In this document: piece by piece, positions 1 through 12,995 of the stretch
Numbering within the stretch: the first letter of the stretch is position 1
How the letters are laid out: each line of letters opens with the position of its first letter
Assembly: GCA_027604505.1 (NCBI GenBank)
Contig: JADIIX010000004.1
Coordinates: 62,001-126,000, forward strand
Reading direction: 5' to 3'
Length of the DNA stretch: 64,000 nt
Source of the DNA: Gonapodya sp. JEL0774
Lineage: Eukaryota
Position numbers and translations under genes: made by a program
Notes under the pieces: model-generated
The model's database searches: none
What the model was told of the DNA's origin: nothing
Seen by the model: only the letters and a program-made list of their open reading frames with translations

Positions 1-3000
1 TTCAGTTTGTAGTGAATGAAGTACTGGATTTGGAGGTCAACCCACATTTTGCAGAGAAAGTACTTGGAACGGTTGGGAGAGCTTTTATGTCAGGGAACAT
101 GAGCGTTGACTCAAAGACAATAGTCGTTAGTATACTTGAAAACAAGACACTAATACCCACTCGCAAAGGAATGCGGTGAGTGGTTGGAGTGATTACAGAG
201 ATTCAGCTACTATACGTTGACTGCCCTTTTCCCAACATGAAAGGCTTCCTCGTCATGCATACTTTAAGAACGTTACACTTTTTGACGATCTTCCGGTGGT
301 TCACCTTTCCCAACCTAAAGCCGTGAACGAAATATTCCTCAAAGAGCTTGGAGTTCGCGATCACGTCGACTTGCAAATCGTATTGGACCGACTACAAGTT
401 TTGGACTGGGACCACGTGGAGCTTGTACATTGAAATCTTTTTCCTCGCCTTGTTCGATCCACTTCGCATCACCATTTGCATCATCTTCTCTCTAGGTGAA
501 GTACCTTGCCAGCGTGCAATCGAAACTGACAGAGCCGGAGTTGCGAAAGCTGCAAACCACCCCAATGTTCCCCAAAGACGGAGAATCTGCAGATGCAGCT
601 GTCCGATATAGAGCCGATCAGCTCTACTTTCCAGAAGATTCCTTGAGAAACATCAATATGCCACTCCTTGCGTGGCCTAAAGGACGGCTGCGACCCAACA
701 CAGATGAAGGCAAAATTATGACATTGCTCGGTCTTCAGAAGACAGTACCATTGGAAGTGTTGCTAGGGACCATTGCAGCCACAACAGATACTGGAACTCA
801 AGCTAAACTTCTGAATTACTTTATTGACAACCACCGCACCGTTTACGCTAACGTTTATCATCCGTCCAAAGTGCCCCATAAGTTTCTCCCAGTGCAGAAT
901 TCTGGTGTCCTCGCCAATCCGTTGGAAGTCTTCGCAGATCCCCAATGCGCAGTCATGGGATATTTGGTCCTCAAAGAAAATCTCAGACCGGTCGCAGATC
1001 AATTCGGTGTCCGCCAGCGGCCGGATGTGAATGCGTGTGTCGAACGATTGAGGACCAAGCCACCTCAAGATGCCAAGGAGGCGGAGGCAGTTTTCAGTTG
1101 GCTCGCAAATCGTGTTGGCGAGTTTTCTAAGAGAGATTGGGCAGTCCTGGCGAAGGCCAAGATCGTACCAGTACGTCGCAAAGTTGCGAATGGAAAGGAA
1201 TTATACTCGCTCCAAGAACCAGAGAATGTTTACTTTGCTGGAGGAGGAGATTCGTAAGTTGCATTGGTGAGCATTCTCTCCTTAATAATCCCTGATACAG
1301 GTGCGTTCACGTGCCTCCTAAGCGTTTTCCTTGAAGATCTCGATATCATCGATTTTGGACCATCGGCGAATGTGTTTCTCCGTGCATGCGGTGTTCTTAG
1401 TGAGCCATCGCCTCTTGATATCGCCCGTAAGGTACTTCAAAATCCTCCAGAGTATCTTCAACGCGTCAAGATCGAAAAGTACATTGGATTAATCCGAAAA
1501 ATAGCGACATTGACGTTAAGCAGCACGAATCTATTAAGTGACATGACTCGAGTGCCTTGGCTCATTGGTTTTGTTAGTGAAGGAGTTGGGGACGACCAAA
1601 AGGTTGTCTTCAAACTGGGGAAGGCGGGAGACATTTATCTGGTGGACGACTCTGTGCTTAAGCAGCTGTTCAATCCCTTGACGTGGGTGTGGTACTCACT
1701 TGTGTTCTGCGATGTGAGCATACACTTGCGCTTCGCAATTATCATTCTGAAAGGTGTCCAATGGAAACTCTCATGGAGGAATTTTACGAGCGACTTGGCT
1801 CCAAGTGGCTTTCTCGCTGTGTTACTGAACAGCTAGTTCCCGTGGGGAGTCTGGCAAAAACTACTCGCACAAAACAGTTGCAGGAACTTATCCACTCTCG
1901 AGCTCCTTTACTAATGTATGACGCATCTGGACGCCATTCTCGGGACATCTTACCGGAAGCACAGCAGACTCTTCAAAACCTCGTGGTCAGCGAGGTGCGC
2001 GAAATAGAGGTCAGGCGGACCTTCCATGGGATCCTCAAATCAGAATCTACAAGTGCGTGCCTAGGGAAAGACAAAGCACAAAAAACTCAATGGTATCTGC
2101 TTGTATCAAGCAAGCAGCCTGAGGTGGATTATTTTGGTGGGTTAAATCATTTGTGCACCACTTTTGATTTTTGAGTAATCCTCTGTGCAGACGTCGCGCA
2201 AGCACTTGGACGTATTCTGTTCAAAAGGCCACGATTAAGTGACTCACTCCTCCTTTCAACGCTCCTTTCGACCTCTATTGTGAATTTGCGACGGAAAGGA
2301 TTTCCCGTCGATCGCATCTTAAATAGAGGTGCTCTGTCGGCAGATTTACAACCCATATCGGCATTGAGCAATCCATCACCATCGACTGGAGTACCACCAA
2401 CGTCGCCGATGGACGACAAAATCTTCAATAATTCCTCGTGGAACAGCCCACAGGATCCTCTGGACCGCCATTTGTCTAGCGGCCCAAACAAAGAACTTGA
2501 TACTGTGGTCGAGAACAAAGTTCGCAATGTTATGGCACTCTTTCCCGACGCCGAAGAAGATGCAGTTCGTCGTCTTCTTTCATCCTCAGATGAGGAGGAA
2601 GTCATCAATCGCTTCCTCGATCAAGGATATCCGAAAGCCGGACAAATTGACCCACGCGCGACTTCAAAACCGACGAATGCAGAGGCACGGGATACAACTG
2701 TGTCAAATCCACCGATGACTCAAGACTTGGATGCCGATGGCTCTCTGAATAGGCTTTACGACAATGTCAAATCGTGGCTCGGAATGGACTCTCGATCCCG
2801 ACACAGCGAACGTCCGACATCCGTCCCAGGTGCGTGGACAACCACCCCACCAATGGTGAATCCCAGCGTACAATCAAATACACCGGATCGACCTCCTTTG
2901 ACCGTTGACCCTGGATTTGTTACTCGCTTGCGGGCGAACCTGGAGAGGTCGGTGAGTATCCCAGCGCATAAAAGCTTGTCGCACTGCTCGACGTGACACT

Positions 3001-3813
3001 GGATCATCATTGAACGGCAGATTGAATCCCTTCGTCCTGCTGCAGAGGGAGATTTTGAGGCAATAATACCTCCCGAACAGGCTGATGACCTTGCACCTGG
3101 TGCCCGGGGGGATTTCTGCAACCCTATACAGGCATCAGACTTGGTACTTGTAGGTGAAGTGAATGGCGTGCAGGTCTTTTGTGAGAAGGGGTCAGGGGTC
3201 CATGGGAGCAGAACAGTAGAGGACATGCTAGCGGACGGAACCATGGCACGGTTCATTGCACTCCTGGGAAAGCTTGCGATCAATGTTTTTGGAATGAAGA
3301 AGATTGGGGTTATCAAGGTATGGTGGGACTCTGAGGGTGCCATCGTTGCATGTGAGTCCATCCATCCCCTTATCAATGCAATGCGCCTGTTTTTGACAAT
3401 TATCACTCGCAGTCAATCGAAACAGATCACTTTTCTTTAATGTAAGATACTATAAGGGATGGCATGACTGGTCGGCTGACAGTCAACCCAATGAGAAGTG
3501 GAGAGATGCGATGATTTATTGGTTTATGGTGAGCAAGGGGTACCAATTTCAGACCATCTGATGGTGACACGACGTGTTTTCGAATTTTGTGCGCGCTCCT
3601 TCTCTGCCGAAGGTCTTCTGTCACGAGATGGCTGTGAGTTTTCGTTCGGAAGATCAACCATTTTCATCCTAATTTATTGGGACACCCTCGTCCCTCGCGC
3701 AGCACAACTTCACGGGACTTCACAATGCCGACCACGAGTTTTACTTATCCTCATTCGCAGAACAGTATATGCATAAACTGATTAAACTTATGATGTCCTA
3801 CAGTCAATCATAG
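1..3813 (+). CDS. DUF3684 / sacsin-like large protein, 5'-truncated and multi-exon, with an internal CUE-like domain and a C-terminal HExxH metallopeptidase-like motif
   Basis: ORFs 496-1257, 1264-1836, 1683-2174, 2280-2996 and 3141-3440 join across GT-AG introns. The spliced C-terminus reads IVAFNRNRSLFFNVRYY...IYWFM|VFCHEMA|HNFTGLHNADHEFYLSSFAEQY, with stop TAG at 3811-3813. This resembles the fungal DUF3684 family as recalled. Confidence 0.75.
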
Positions 3814-3900
3814 TAGAATCCTAGAAAAAGTAGAACCCAATCAATGCAAGTTGAAATAATGAATGTCTCCTATGAACTACAAATAATTGCCTGGTCACCT

Positions 3901-6718
3901 TCACATTAATGGGGCGTTCTTCTTCTTGGTCTTCTTGGATTTAAACAAAACATCCTCATCATCGTCACTGTCAATATCTTCCATTTCATCTTTCTCTGTA
4001 CCTAACCCTTCCAAGAATCCTTGGCCCAAACCCTTCACTAAACCTCCTATTCCCCCTCCCACGGCATTGCCATATGTAGTAAAAGCATTCTTCCCGACCT
4101 CGTACATACCTCCCGCGGCAACTTCTGCTCCACCTCCATGCTCGGTCCCATCGACATCCACTAGTTGGGCGCGCGGATGAAGCACTTTGCTCCCTGCCAC
4201 TTCGGCGCTAGCAAGTAAAGTACCACCCAAAGAATCAAGAGAGCTCGTAACTGAGAGAAAGGCTGAGAGTGTCGAGCGGGCAATCGTGCGAACAGCGGAA
4301 ATTGATTGACTAGGGTGCTCGTCAATTGGATTGGCAATCTTGGCTTTACCAAGATGATCTTCAGTTCCGATTTCGATTGCATTCTGTGTCCCGTTCGCTC
4401 CTACTTTGCTGTATTGTCCGGAGTCGTTGCCAATGGTTGATGTGATCGCAGTTTCCCTCAATCCCACGGTTCCGATAATCCCCGCCCCCCTACCCGTCTT
4501 CCCTCTCTTCGCTACTATCTCCGCCCCCCCCATTAGGGCCTCTCCGAATCCTCGGCCAGCGACCTCACCAAAGCTTTTCAGTCCGTCTGCGGCGCTCCCT
4601 GACATCTCTGCGGCGACGACCGAAACACCTTTAAGTTCCAACACTGCACGCACAGTATGGACATTAGATGCAAAGCTATTTGCTGCCCGAGCGACGCGGT
4701 TCATGGTGGCTTTTGAAGAGGGGTGAGTGATGAACTTCGAGTCGACCATTGCGGACTCGTCAGTATCAAGGATGGTGGCTCGAAGGATTGGTGCACTCGA
4801 GATGGCAGTGGTTGGGTGTGGCGATGAATGGGAGTGCGAGGGAAAAGTACCTTGAGGATCCACAGGCTGGGACAGAAATGGTATGGGCGGCTCAATTTGC
4901 GAACCCTTTCGAGGTGGCTCATGAACGGTCTTTCCTGGGACGGACGAGAAGGAGGATGCACTTGAGAACTGATCGCCATCTGCTTCCGGTATGGGCATGT
5001 CTAATAGGGATGAAGTATTTCCACATGGAGGCGACTGGAGTCCCGAATAGAGACAGGGGGAGGTTGCCAAAGGGGATGCAGTAGACTGGACAGGAGCTTG
5101 CGGTGGGCAGTAATCCAAAGCAAAAGGGTTTGTTGAATGATAGATGTCTGGTGGTGAAGGAGGGACCTCGTAAATAGGATCGAAAGGGTTTGTGGAAGGC
5201 GCTAAACAACAAAAACGTAGAATGTGAAAGTTTGAGAAGGGGTAGGATGAACTCTTGTCCTAAGAGAAACGCAACCCGAGCAATACCGAAAAGGCTGCCC
5301 GTGGCTCCTGGTTGGCTTTCGGATATCCGTTTGACGATGGTATCCGCGACTACATAATCACACTAACCTTTTGCACCAACCGCAATCACATCCCCGTCCA
5401 TATCAATCAAGTCCACACCAATTTCCTTTCCTCGCATCTTGCTCATCCTCCTCTGGTCCATCTTGCCCTTCACTTTCACCACAGCGTCCTCCATCCCGAT
5501 CCGCGCTTTGCCTGCTGCGTGGCCCGCCAGCTCTATGGCTGCACCTGCAACACCTGCAGTAACGAGGACGACAGACCCAACCCAGGCACCAGTGGATTCG
5601 ATGGCCGACGCAATGACGGGGACGGAAGTGGGTCCTGGCGCCTTGGTATGGTTCGGAGGGAGAGGAGGCGGAGGTTGTGCGTTCGGTGCGGGTAGTTCTG
5701 GAATTGAGGAGTAAGAAGAGGGGCTACGTGAGGATCGGGGTGGCACTGGAGACTCAGGTCTGGGTTTGGTGTAGGAAGGCGGAGGTGCGGGAGCTTTCCG
5801 CGGGAGAGGCGGCCTATGAACGGAGGACGAGGGAGCACTTTCACAACTTGCATTGTCTGAATCTTCCAAATCCGAGACAGCCTCGCCGCCAAGGGCAGTG
5901 CGTTTTATCTGGTTTGATGGGAGGCCCGAGGTGAAAGGCTGAGATTTTGAAAGAGGGGGAGGGACCTTCGATTTGGAACCAATAACAGGCACTAAGCCAG
6001 TGCTCGCGGTTGTGGTGGATTCCAGACTAGGTAGTGTCCTTGTTTTCAATTCGGGGATCGTGAGTGTGGGTGATAATTGTTCCTTCGGGCTCTGAATAGA
6101 TAGAAGGGTAAAGAGCACATCACCCAGGGCCTCTGATTCTTGTTGAGACTCCTGATTCGAAGCACCCAGGATCTGGAACTGCAGAGTCACGGGGTCCGAG
6201 GATCCTCGCAGGTGTACAGGTGTGAGCAGCCATTCAAAGGTGATGAAGGATCCAACATCATTACTATCCCCTCCATTTTCCGAGTTTTGAATGGAGAACT
6301 TCTTCACTTTGGTGCCTTGCACGAGGTCGAGTGTGAGTTGCTCCTCCTGACCTCCATTCCAAGGTTCGGGATTCGGAAAGAACACGAGAGAGACGACTGG
6401 TCGCGGAGCCAACTGGGACAACGGATCCACGCTTGAGAGAGGGGGATTCTGAAGTGCTGGTACGATGCCCGAATAAGCGGACTCCGAACCTGCATGTGCG
6501 CTTCCGTCACTTGCAACCTCAACATGCAGCATCCCCTGGCGCCACCTGGACATTGCCCGGGGCAGAAACAAAGACGAGGTCACTTTGAGTGCCACACAGT
6601 CCACGGAAAAAACAGAGGTCGAAGACTTCGAAGCCTCCGTTCCACTCTTCCAGCCAGTTTCGCTGGGAGAGGTGATTGAGACTCTTGTCACCCGCGACTC
6701 GCTTGCGTTTGCAGTCAT
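3901..6718 (-). CDS. Senescence/spartin-associated domain protein with a proline-rich central region
   Basis: ORFs 5363-6718 and 3901-5118. Segments SAIESTGAWVGSVVLVTAGVAGAAIELAG and STLSAFLSVTSSLDSLGGTLLASAEVAGSKV...NAFTTYGNAVGGGIGGLVK resemble the spartin C-terminal domain. The exact exon junction was not resolved. Confidence 0.55.
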
Positions 6719-7114
6719 AGCAGCAAGCGGCGTCGAGATAGGGAAGGAGGTGTTGATGCACTCAAATGATTACGGTTTCGGTTTGAACCGTTTTCACATG
6801 TGAATCCTGCCCGCTGGTTTTCATACAATCATGGCATCACCCAAAATCAATATTTCTGCTTTACACCCACCATCACCGATAAAATTATACATAGTTGGTT
6901 CTCTTCTGCTTCCACTACCTGGAATCACTACATACATATCAAATTTTCTCAACTTCGAGTTTTCTTGCTCAAATATGTATTTGAACGTCGAACTTTACAG
7001 CAAGTTCCTTACGATGTCCACATATTATCAACACGGAAGCAACAACGATTTGTCCATGTTTGGTGAAATTTCGGGCAGAAAAATATGTGCAACTATTGTA
7101 TCAACCTGATCAAT

Positions 7115-8505
7115 ATGATGGCAGCTTTTCCTTCGGGTGACAGGATAACAGAAAAAATCTCCTCTCTCGTCGAAGGATACTCCGTCGTGGGCAACCTCAG
7201 CAGTTTTGTATTTCATTGCAGGAAGTTGGTTTTTTGTACGCGCCGTACGCGGAAAGGGGAAGAGTCGCGGACTACTTTGGATTGCTGTCCCACTAACGCT
7301 GTTTTGCTTCTGTGAGTTGACTTACCATGATGTCGGCTCGCGAGAGACCTGGTGACTTTGTCATAAGCGAGGTGAAACTCGGGTGGAATTCACCAACAGC
7401 AATCTGAACATCACCGCATTTTGACACTCCTTCTATCCCCAAAGTGCGCACTGCCGCAAGTACGGTGCGGGTGCTACTCCCAAAGCATCCCACTCTAACT
7501 TACCTTTCGCTCTCCGATGCGCTGATTCTCATCGGGAACCCTTTCCTCATTCTTACACTATGTGAAGCCTGTCTTCTCTTTGTGCACCGTGCAAATGAAG
7601 CTACGTTGGCGCTTTTGGGGAGGCGAGCACTTGACTGGAGTAATCGTCTTGTCACAGCCACCTGGCTGTATCAGATTAGTGAGATCAGTCAGCTTCTCTC
7701 GTGTTTCTCTTTCTCTTATCATTTACATTGTGCAACCAGTCACTACCCTCATTCTTTCCATAATCAGTGTTTACGGTCCCATCTGCGCCTTCCTGCTTCT
7801 GTCACCCACGGTTGACATCAATTTCAAAGCGGGAATGAAACTCCCCCAGTACTACGGTACCGAATATATCACAATCGCAGGCTCAGCAATCTTGCTCGGG
7901 ATTGGTTTGTGGAGGTGCCGATCTGGCCTGCTGGAACACTCCAAACTTGCGATGGAGTTGACCGCAAGAAGTGTGGTGGAGGGCACTTCATCGGAGCTTC
8001 GGAGGATAACATCGAGGGGACTATCTAGTGGTCATGGTGGGGGTTCGACGCTGGATGTGTATTCCTTGGGGAGTCGGGGAGATGAGGGTGAGTTGCAGTG
8101 GAGAATAGAATCGTTTATCGCGAAGAGAAAAGTGCTGCATAATGTGAGTGATTTTGCTACCGAATGTCGCGATGCAATGTTGATTGATTGTCAAACACCA
8201 ATTTTTTGAAACGAAATTCAATTCCATGTACTTTTGTTCAGTCCTTCCAGCGTCTCCTTCTTCCCTCACTCCTCCTCGTTGTTATCCGCATTGCTTATTG
8301 CCCTTTTGTTGTATTCGATGAGAACTTCACTGCTGATCCTCGTTACGCCGAACCCGGGTGGTACATTGGAGTGGTTCTTATAGAGCAGCTTGTTCTCATG
8401 CTCTTTGCACACCCTGACCAATTACTGTACCTTGATATCCCTGCCGTTCGCTTGTTGCCAAGACGAGCAGTGGACGCTGCAACTTTGCCTGCTGCGGCGG
8501 GATGA
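7115..8505 (+). pseudogene. 7TM membrane protein paralogue 1 (RTA1-like), frameshifted in exon 1
   Basis: Colinear with 8943-10364. The N-terminus (MMAAFPSGDRITEKISSLVEGYSVVG) and the continuation (TSAVLYFIAGSWFF...GLLWIAVPLTLFCF) lie in different frames, switching near 7190-7194. Confidence 0.6.
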
Positions 8506-8942
8506 GGGGCCGAAAGGAAAGACATGTCCAATTTGGGTTGGACATATATTTGCGTCGGGCATTGGGTCTGGCAACCCACGTCATCAAGCACTGTAAACTC
8601 GTAATACTGCATGATAAACACATTTTTGACGAAATAAATGAATGAGGTCCCTCTCCTGCTTTCATTTGGCTGCTCGCTTAGTGAGTCGACGGTGTTCTTA
8701 CCAATTTTCTGTGCGAAATAAATTTTTTCTCACCTTCAATTTGTGAGTGCGAGACAAACTGTGAAATTAATTGCTGTATTTTGAAGCCCATTCAGTATAG
8801 TAATGATGATACTTTTAGAGTTCGGTTTTTCCTTGTGCCTCGTGCCGGGACACGGGCCGGGGAAATGGGTAACCTTCCCTGGGCATCATAAACTGTCATT
8901 GACGGCCCAACAGCAGAGGCATTTCGAAGGGATACTGGGGCG

Positions 8943-10364
8943 ATGGCCTCACAGGCACCGTCAGAAGAGGAGATCGCGGTGCGAATAAACAAATTGGTTG
9001 GCTATTCGATACCTGGCGCAGTTCTTTCCAGCATTCTCTATCTCCTCACAGGATGTTGGTTTTTGATATGTTGCGTAAAGAGAAGCAATCGTGGACTGCT
9101 TTGGATCGTGCTTCCGCTGACTCTGTTCTGTATGTGTGAGTGATTTGCATATTCACATTGACGCCCCACATACCAGGTTCACCCACCATTCATTCGAAAG
9201 CCCGCTTCGCGGCCCTCGTGGTACGCTCTCTCCTCCCAATGAGAGCGACTCCGGTCCTTCTTTCTACTTCCGAGGGGATGATTCTCATGGGGACCCCTTC
9301 CCTCCTGTTAGCACTCGCAGAGGCCTCACGTCTCTTTGCAGCCAGGGCGGATGACGCAGCCTTGGCATTCATCGGCAGGAACGCCCTCAGTTGGAGCAAC
9401 AGTTTTCAGGCAGTGAGCACGTTTTATCATGCAGGTGAATAGCGCCGGACTCGGTTGTCCCTTGAGTGGTCTCCGTCGCATACGGACAAGTAGAACGGAT
9501 AACTCGACGAAGATAAGCCTATGTGGAGGTGTCTCGTCGCTGCTGAGACGTCAATGAGGACGACTGGAGCATCATTCGAAAGCTAGCCTCTTTTTGAAAT
9601 CGGATTGCGTGCTCACCCTTAAAATCTTTTCAATACTCGACAGGCACTCTCACAGTACTGTTCCTCATCACATTGTACGGTCCGGCTTGTGCCTTCATAG
9701 TACTCATGCCCTCTCTTGATCCTGCCTTCAAATCCCCGTGGAAACTCCCACAATACTTGATCATTGAAGTTCTGGTTTTATTGGGCGCTGCTTGCAACCT
9801 CATTTTGGGCCTTTGGCGAAGTCGATCGCATCAGGAGCAACATCTTGTTGAAATGACTTCAAAGAGTGGAGATGAAAGCTCTTCTCGAGAGCTGAGAACT
9901 ACCGTCCCGCGGGCTATCCTGAGTCGAGAGGGGAGACCAGGCTCGTGGTCGGCAATGGATGTGGTATCGATTGGTTCTCGGGGTGAAGTGGGTGGACCGC
10001 TGTGGCGGACGGAATCTTTCTTGACAAAGAGGAAACAGCTGCGAAAGGTAAGTCTGCACTGGTGATAAGCCCGTCGGCATACATATTTAGATTGCTTCTA
10101 TGGTAGGCTGCTGTGACCCTACTTGTGCCCGCACTTCTTGTGACAATAATTCGCGTGATTTACTGTCCCTTTCTCGTGACTGATGAGAACTACACGAGTT
10201 CTCCACGATACACCGAACCTCTGTGGTATTTTGGTGTTGTACTTCCGGAACTCATAGTCTTAATCCTCTTCTCGTGGCCAGAACAGCTTTTGTACTTGGA
10301 CATTCCAGCAGTGCGATTACGACCGGGACGCAGAGCGCATGCAGGGGAACTTGCGTCGCACTAG
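8943..10364 (+). CDS. 7TM membrane protein paralogue 2 (RTA1-like / GPCR-like topology)
   Basis: Four exons from ORFs 8943-9143, 9140-9442, 9673-10065 and 10113-10364. Seven hydrophobic segments, including IIRVIY in TM6 and WYFGVVLPE in TM7. Confidence 0.75.
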
Positions 10365-10640
10365 CATTGTTATTCACGATATTGCAGTCACGTACTTGTG
10401 CCATCGCTGATCAATCCTTTTATGGGGGGGGTGTCGCTAATAATAATGACATAATAGATTTACGAAGTTATGCCCAAGGGAACGGTAAGGTCTCGCAATA
10501 AACGAGGAATGGCTATAAGTCCCAGATGCAATATCGGCTCGGATGAGAATTCAACCGCCAGAACGATGCATCGAATCTCAGCAGTTTCAACCCATCTTTC
10601 CAAGCCTATCATATCTGCAAACCCAACTACTGCTCAAGCT

Positions 10641-11491
10641 ATGGCATCAGTTTATGACTTTGTTCCCCTCGATGCGAAAAAACAGCCGTTCAATTTTGCC
10701 AATTTGAAAGGAAAGGTGAAGCGATCGCAGGTTCTGTTCTGCGGGTACTCGTCTCTGATGGACTCAGTTGACCAGGTCGTTCTTATCGTCAATGTCGCGA
10801 GCGCCTGTGGGCTGACCCCGCAGTACGCGTGAGCATTCGCGTACATTTGGCAGGGCAGTGTTTTGGAACGCTAAAATTCTTGCGACAGCGGTCTCCAAGC
10901 TCTTTACGACAAATATAGCTCTAAGGGATTGGAGATTGTTGGGTAAGCTTGTTGACGTGGTCTTCACATTATGAGAGGAGAAACAACGCAACCTGTTGCC
11001 ACTTCGCGAACAGATTTCCTTGCAACCAGGTGATTTCTCCCAGCAGGCACATCGTACAATTTGTTTCCTCCTCGTAATAGGTTATATTTCTTCCATTTTC
11101 ATTCAGTTCGGAGCTCAGGAGCCTGGGTCTGAGGAGCAAATCCTCACATTCTGCTCTAACAAATATAATGTGACATTCCCGATCATGAAGAAGATTGAGT
11201 GAGCTATTGTTGGAATCTCTCCATACATGTTCTTGGACTGACTTACCATTCATACAAGGGTGAACGGATCCAATGCTGACGGTTTGTACAAGTTCTTGAA
11301 ATCCACAGCAGGCGGTGGTGAAATCACTTGGAACTTCGAGGTTCGTGGTCTCGTATTCAAGCATTGTCATTTCCTTTCTAAAAAGACCGGACTCTCAGAA
11401 ATTCCTGGTCCGCAAAGACGGAACCATTGAACGATTTAGCCCGAGGAAAACCCCACAGGAGTTGGAAGCTGTCATTGCCGGACTTCTTTAA
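10641..11491 (+). CDS. GPX: Glutathione peroxidase family protein (Cys-type, GPx/Hyr1-like)
   Basis: Spliced motifs KGKVVLIVNVASACGLTPQY, GFPCNQFGAQEPG and ITWNFEKFLV; stop TAA at 11489-11491. Confidence 0.95.
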
Positions 11492-11647
11492 ATATATGTA
11501 TTTTGGCTAGAATGCATGTATCCATCCAAATGGTCGATATTGTTCAACAAACCGACTGATATTTCCCGGCTGACATGACCAACCCTAGTTACTCCGGAAC
11601 CCTTCGCAATATAAAGAGGACCGAGCTTTCGCGACAAATAAACCGCG

Positions 11648-12995
11648 ATGGAAACAATGGGTCCCGAAAATCTTATAGCCCAGATAAAGGCCCACGTCGC
11701 TACATTTAGTGTGGGTGGCGCAATCGGAGCGACCATACTTTACATAGTCGTTGGGGTATGGCTAGTACACCGACGTACCAACTCGCTATGGAGCTTTCGA
11801 ATTGTCACGGCAGTAGTTGTTTTTTGCACATGTAGGTGGGCAAGTCTGGTGAGATCCTTGTGGATGTCGGGCTTATCTCTGCTGTTCTGCAATATCAAGT
11901 TCGAGCAGCTGCATTTGCTATTCGTGCAGCTCTCCCGTACACATTGCTTTATCAGCTCTACCAGGCACATTACGCCTTGCTATTGGCGGGGACTGCTCTC
12001 CTGCTTGCCCTCATCGGCGAGACAATAATCTCTTGGGCGCACAAGGTGGACGACGCTAGATTAGTTCTCTCGGGAAGAAATGGTTTGCAGTGGAGTCGCT
12101 ATTTTCTTGCATTTCTTGGGTGGGGACACGTCTGTGAGTCATGACTTCCGGTTGAGGAGTTAGTAACTCAAATTGAGGCCCCTTCTCTAATAATCAAGTG
12201 GAGTTTCTTGTTGGGTTGGCAACAATGGGCTGGGGTGCGAGTAATGCCATCTTTCTTCTGAATCCGTACTCGTCAACAGAGGTGAAAGCAGCCTGGAGGC
12301 GACCTGGGTACTATCTTCTCTCCTTTGGTCTATGGATTGGCCTTTCTGTGTTTGTTTCCGTCGGAACACTCCGGCTCTTCATTTCGTCCCCAACCGCGAC
12401 GCCCTCCAAAGGCTCAGACATGTACCTCAATAACAGCAGAGGCCTTTCTCGTGCGTCAAACAGTGGTTCAGGAGATGTTTCATCAGGAACAGGAGACTAC
12501 GACTTCGCGTCTCGAGCGGAAGTTTTTGCGGGGAAGACGGTACTCTTGAAGCGGGTATGTTAGCGAGGTTTTTAAGTGCGAACAGTGCGGGTCGCGAGTC
12601 GAGATTCTGGCTTTGAGACATGATATCGGTTTTCATTCTTCAGTCGCTCTACACTTTAATAGTTCCCAGCTTGATTCTGACCTTAGTGCGAATGATATTT
12701 GCTCCTTTTGTTGTCACGGAACAAGAATTCAACGATACAAGAGTGTTAGAAGGAATATGGTATCCAATGGTTGCTGGACTAGGTGAGTTCTTAAAGCTGG
12801 TGAATGCGTGTGTCGTGAATCCCACGAATATCTTCTCGGTCTTGATTTTGCGCGGGGGAACCTTTCCTTGCAATGCTGTGGCGCCCGTGTTCATTTGCAG
12901 AATTGATTGTACTCATTCTGCACGGGTTACCCAACCAATTCAAGTTTTGGGAGATCGAAGGTGTGCTCTTGCGACCAGGCCGACGTGGACCTTAA
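11648..12995 (+). CDS. 7TM membrane protein paralogue 3 (divergent)
   Basis: Shares the first intron positions and hydrophobic pattern of the other two copies (FCT|FRAAAFAIR, LVRMIFAPF, WYPMVAGLE|LIVLIL, LRPGRR); stop TAA at 12993-12995. Confidence 0.7.

Noticed and set aside
10791..10830. Selenocysteine in GPx (some early-diverging fungi use Sec)
   Set aside because: The catalytic codon is TGT (NVASACG). The nearby TGA is out of frame, and no SECIS was recognised.
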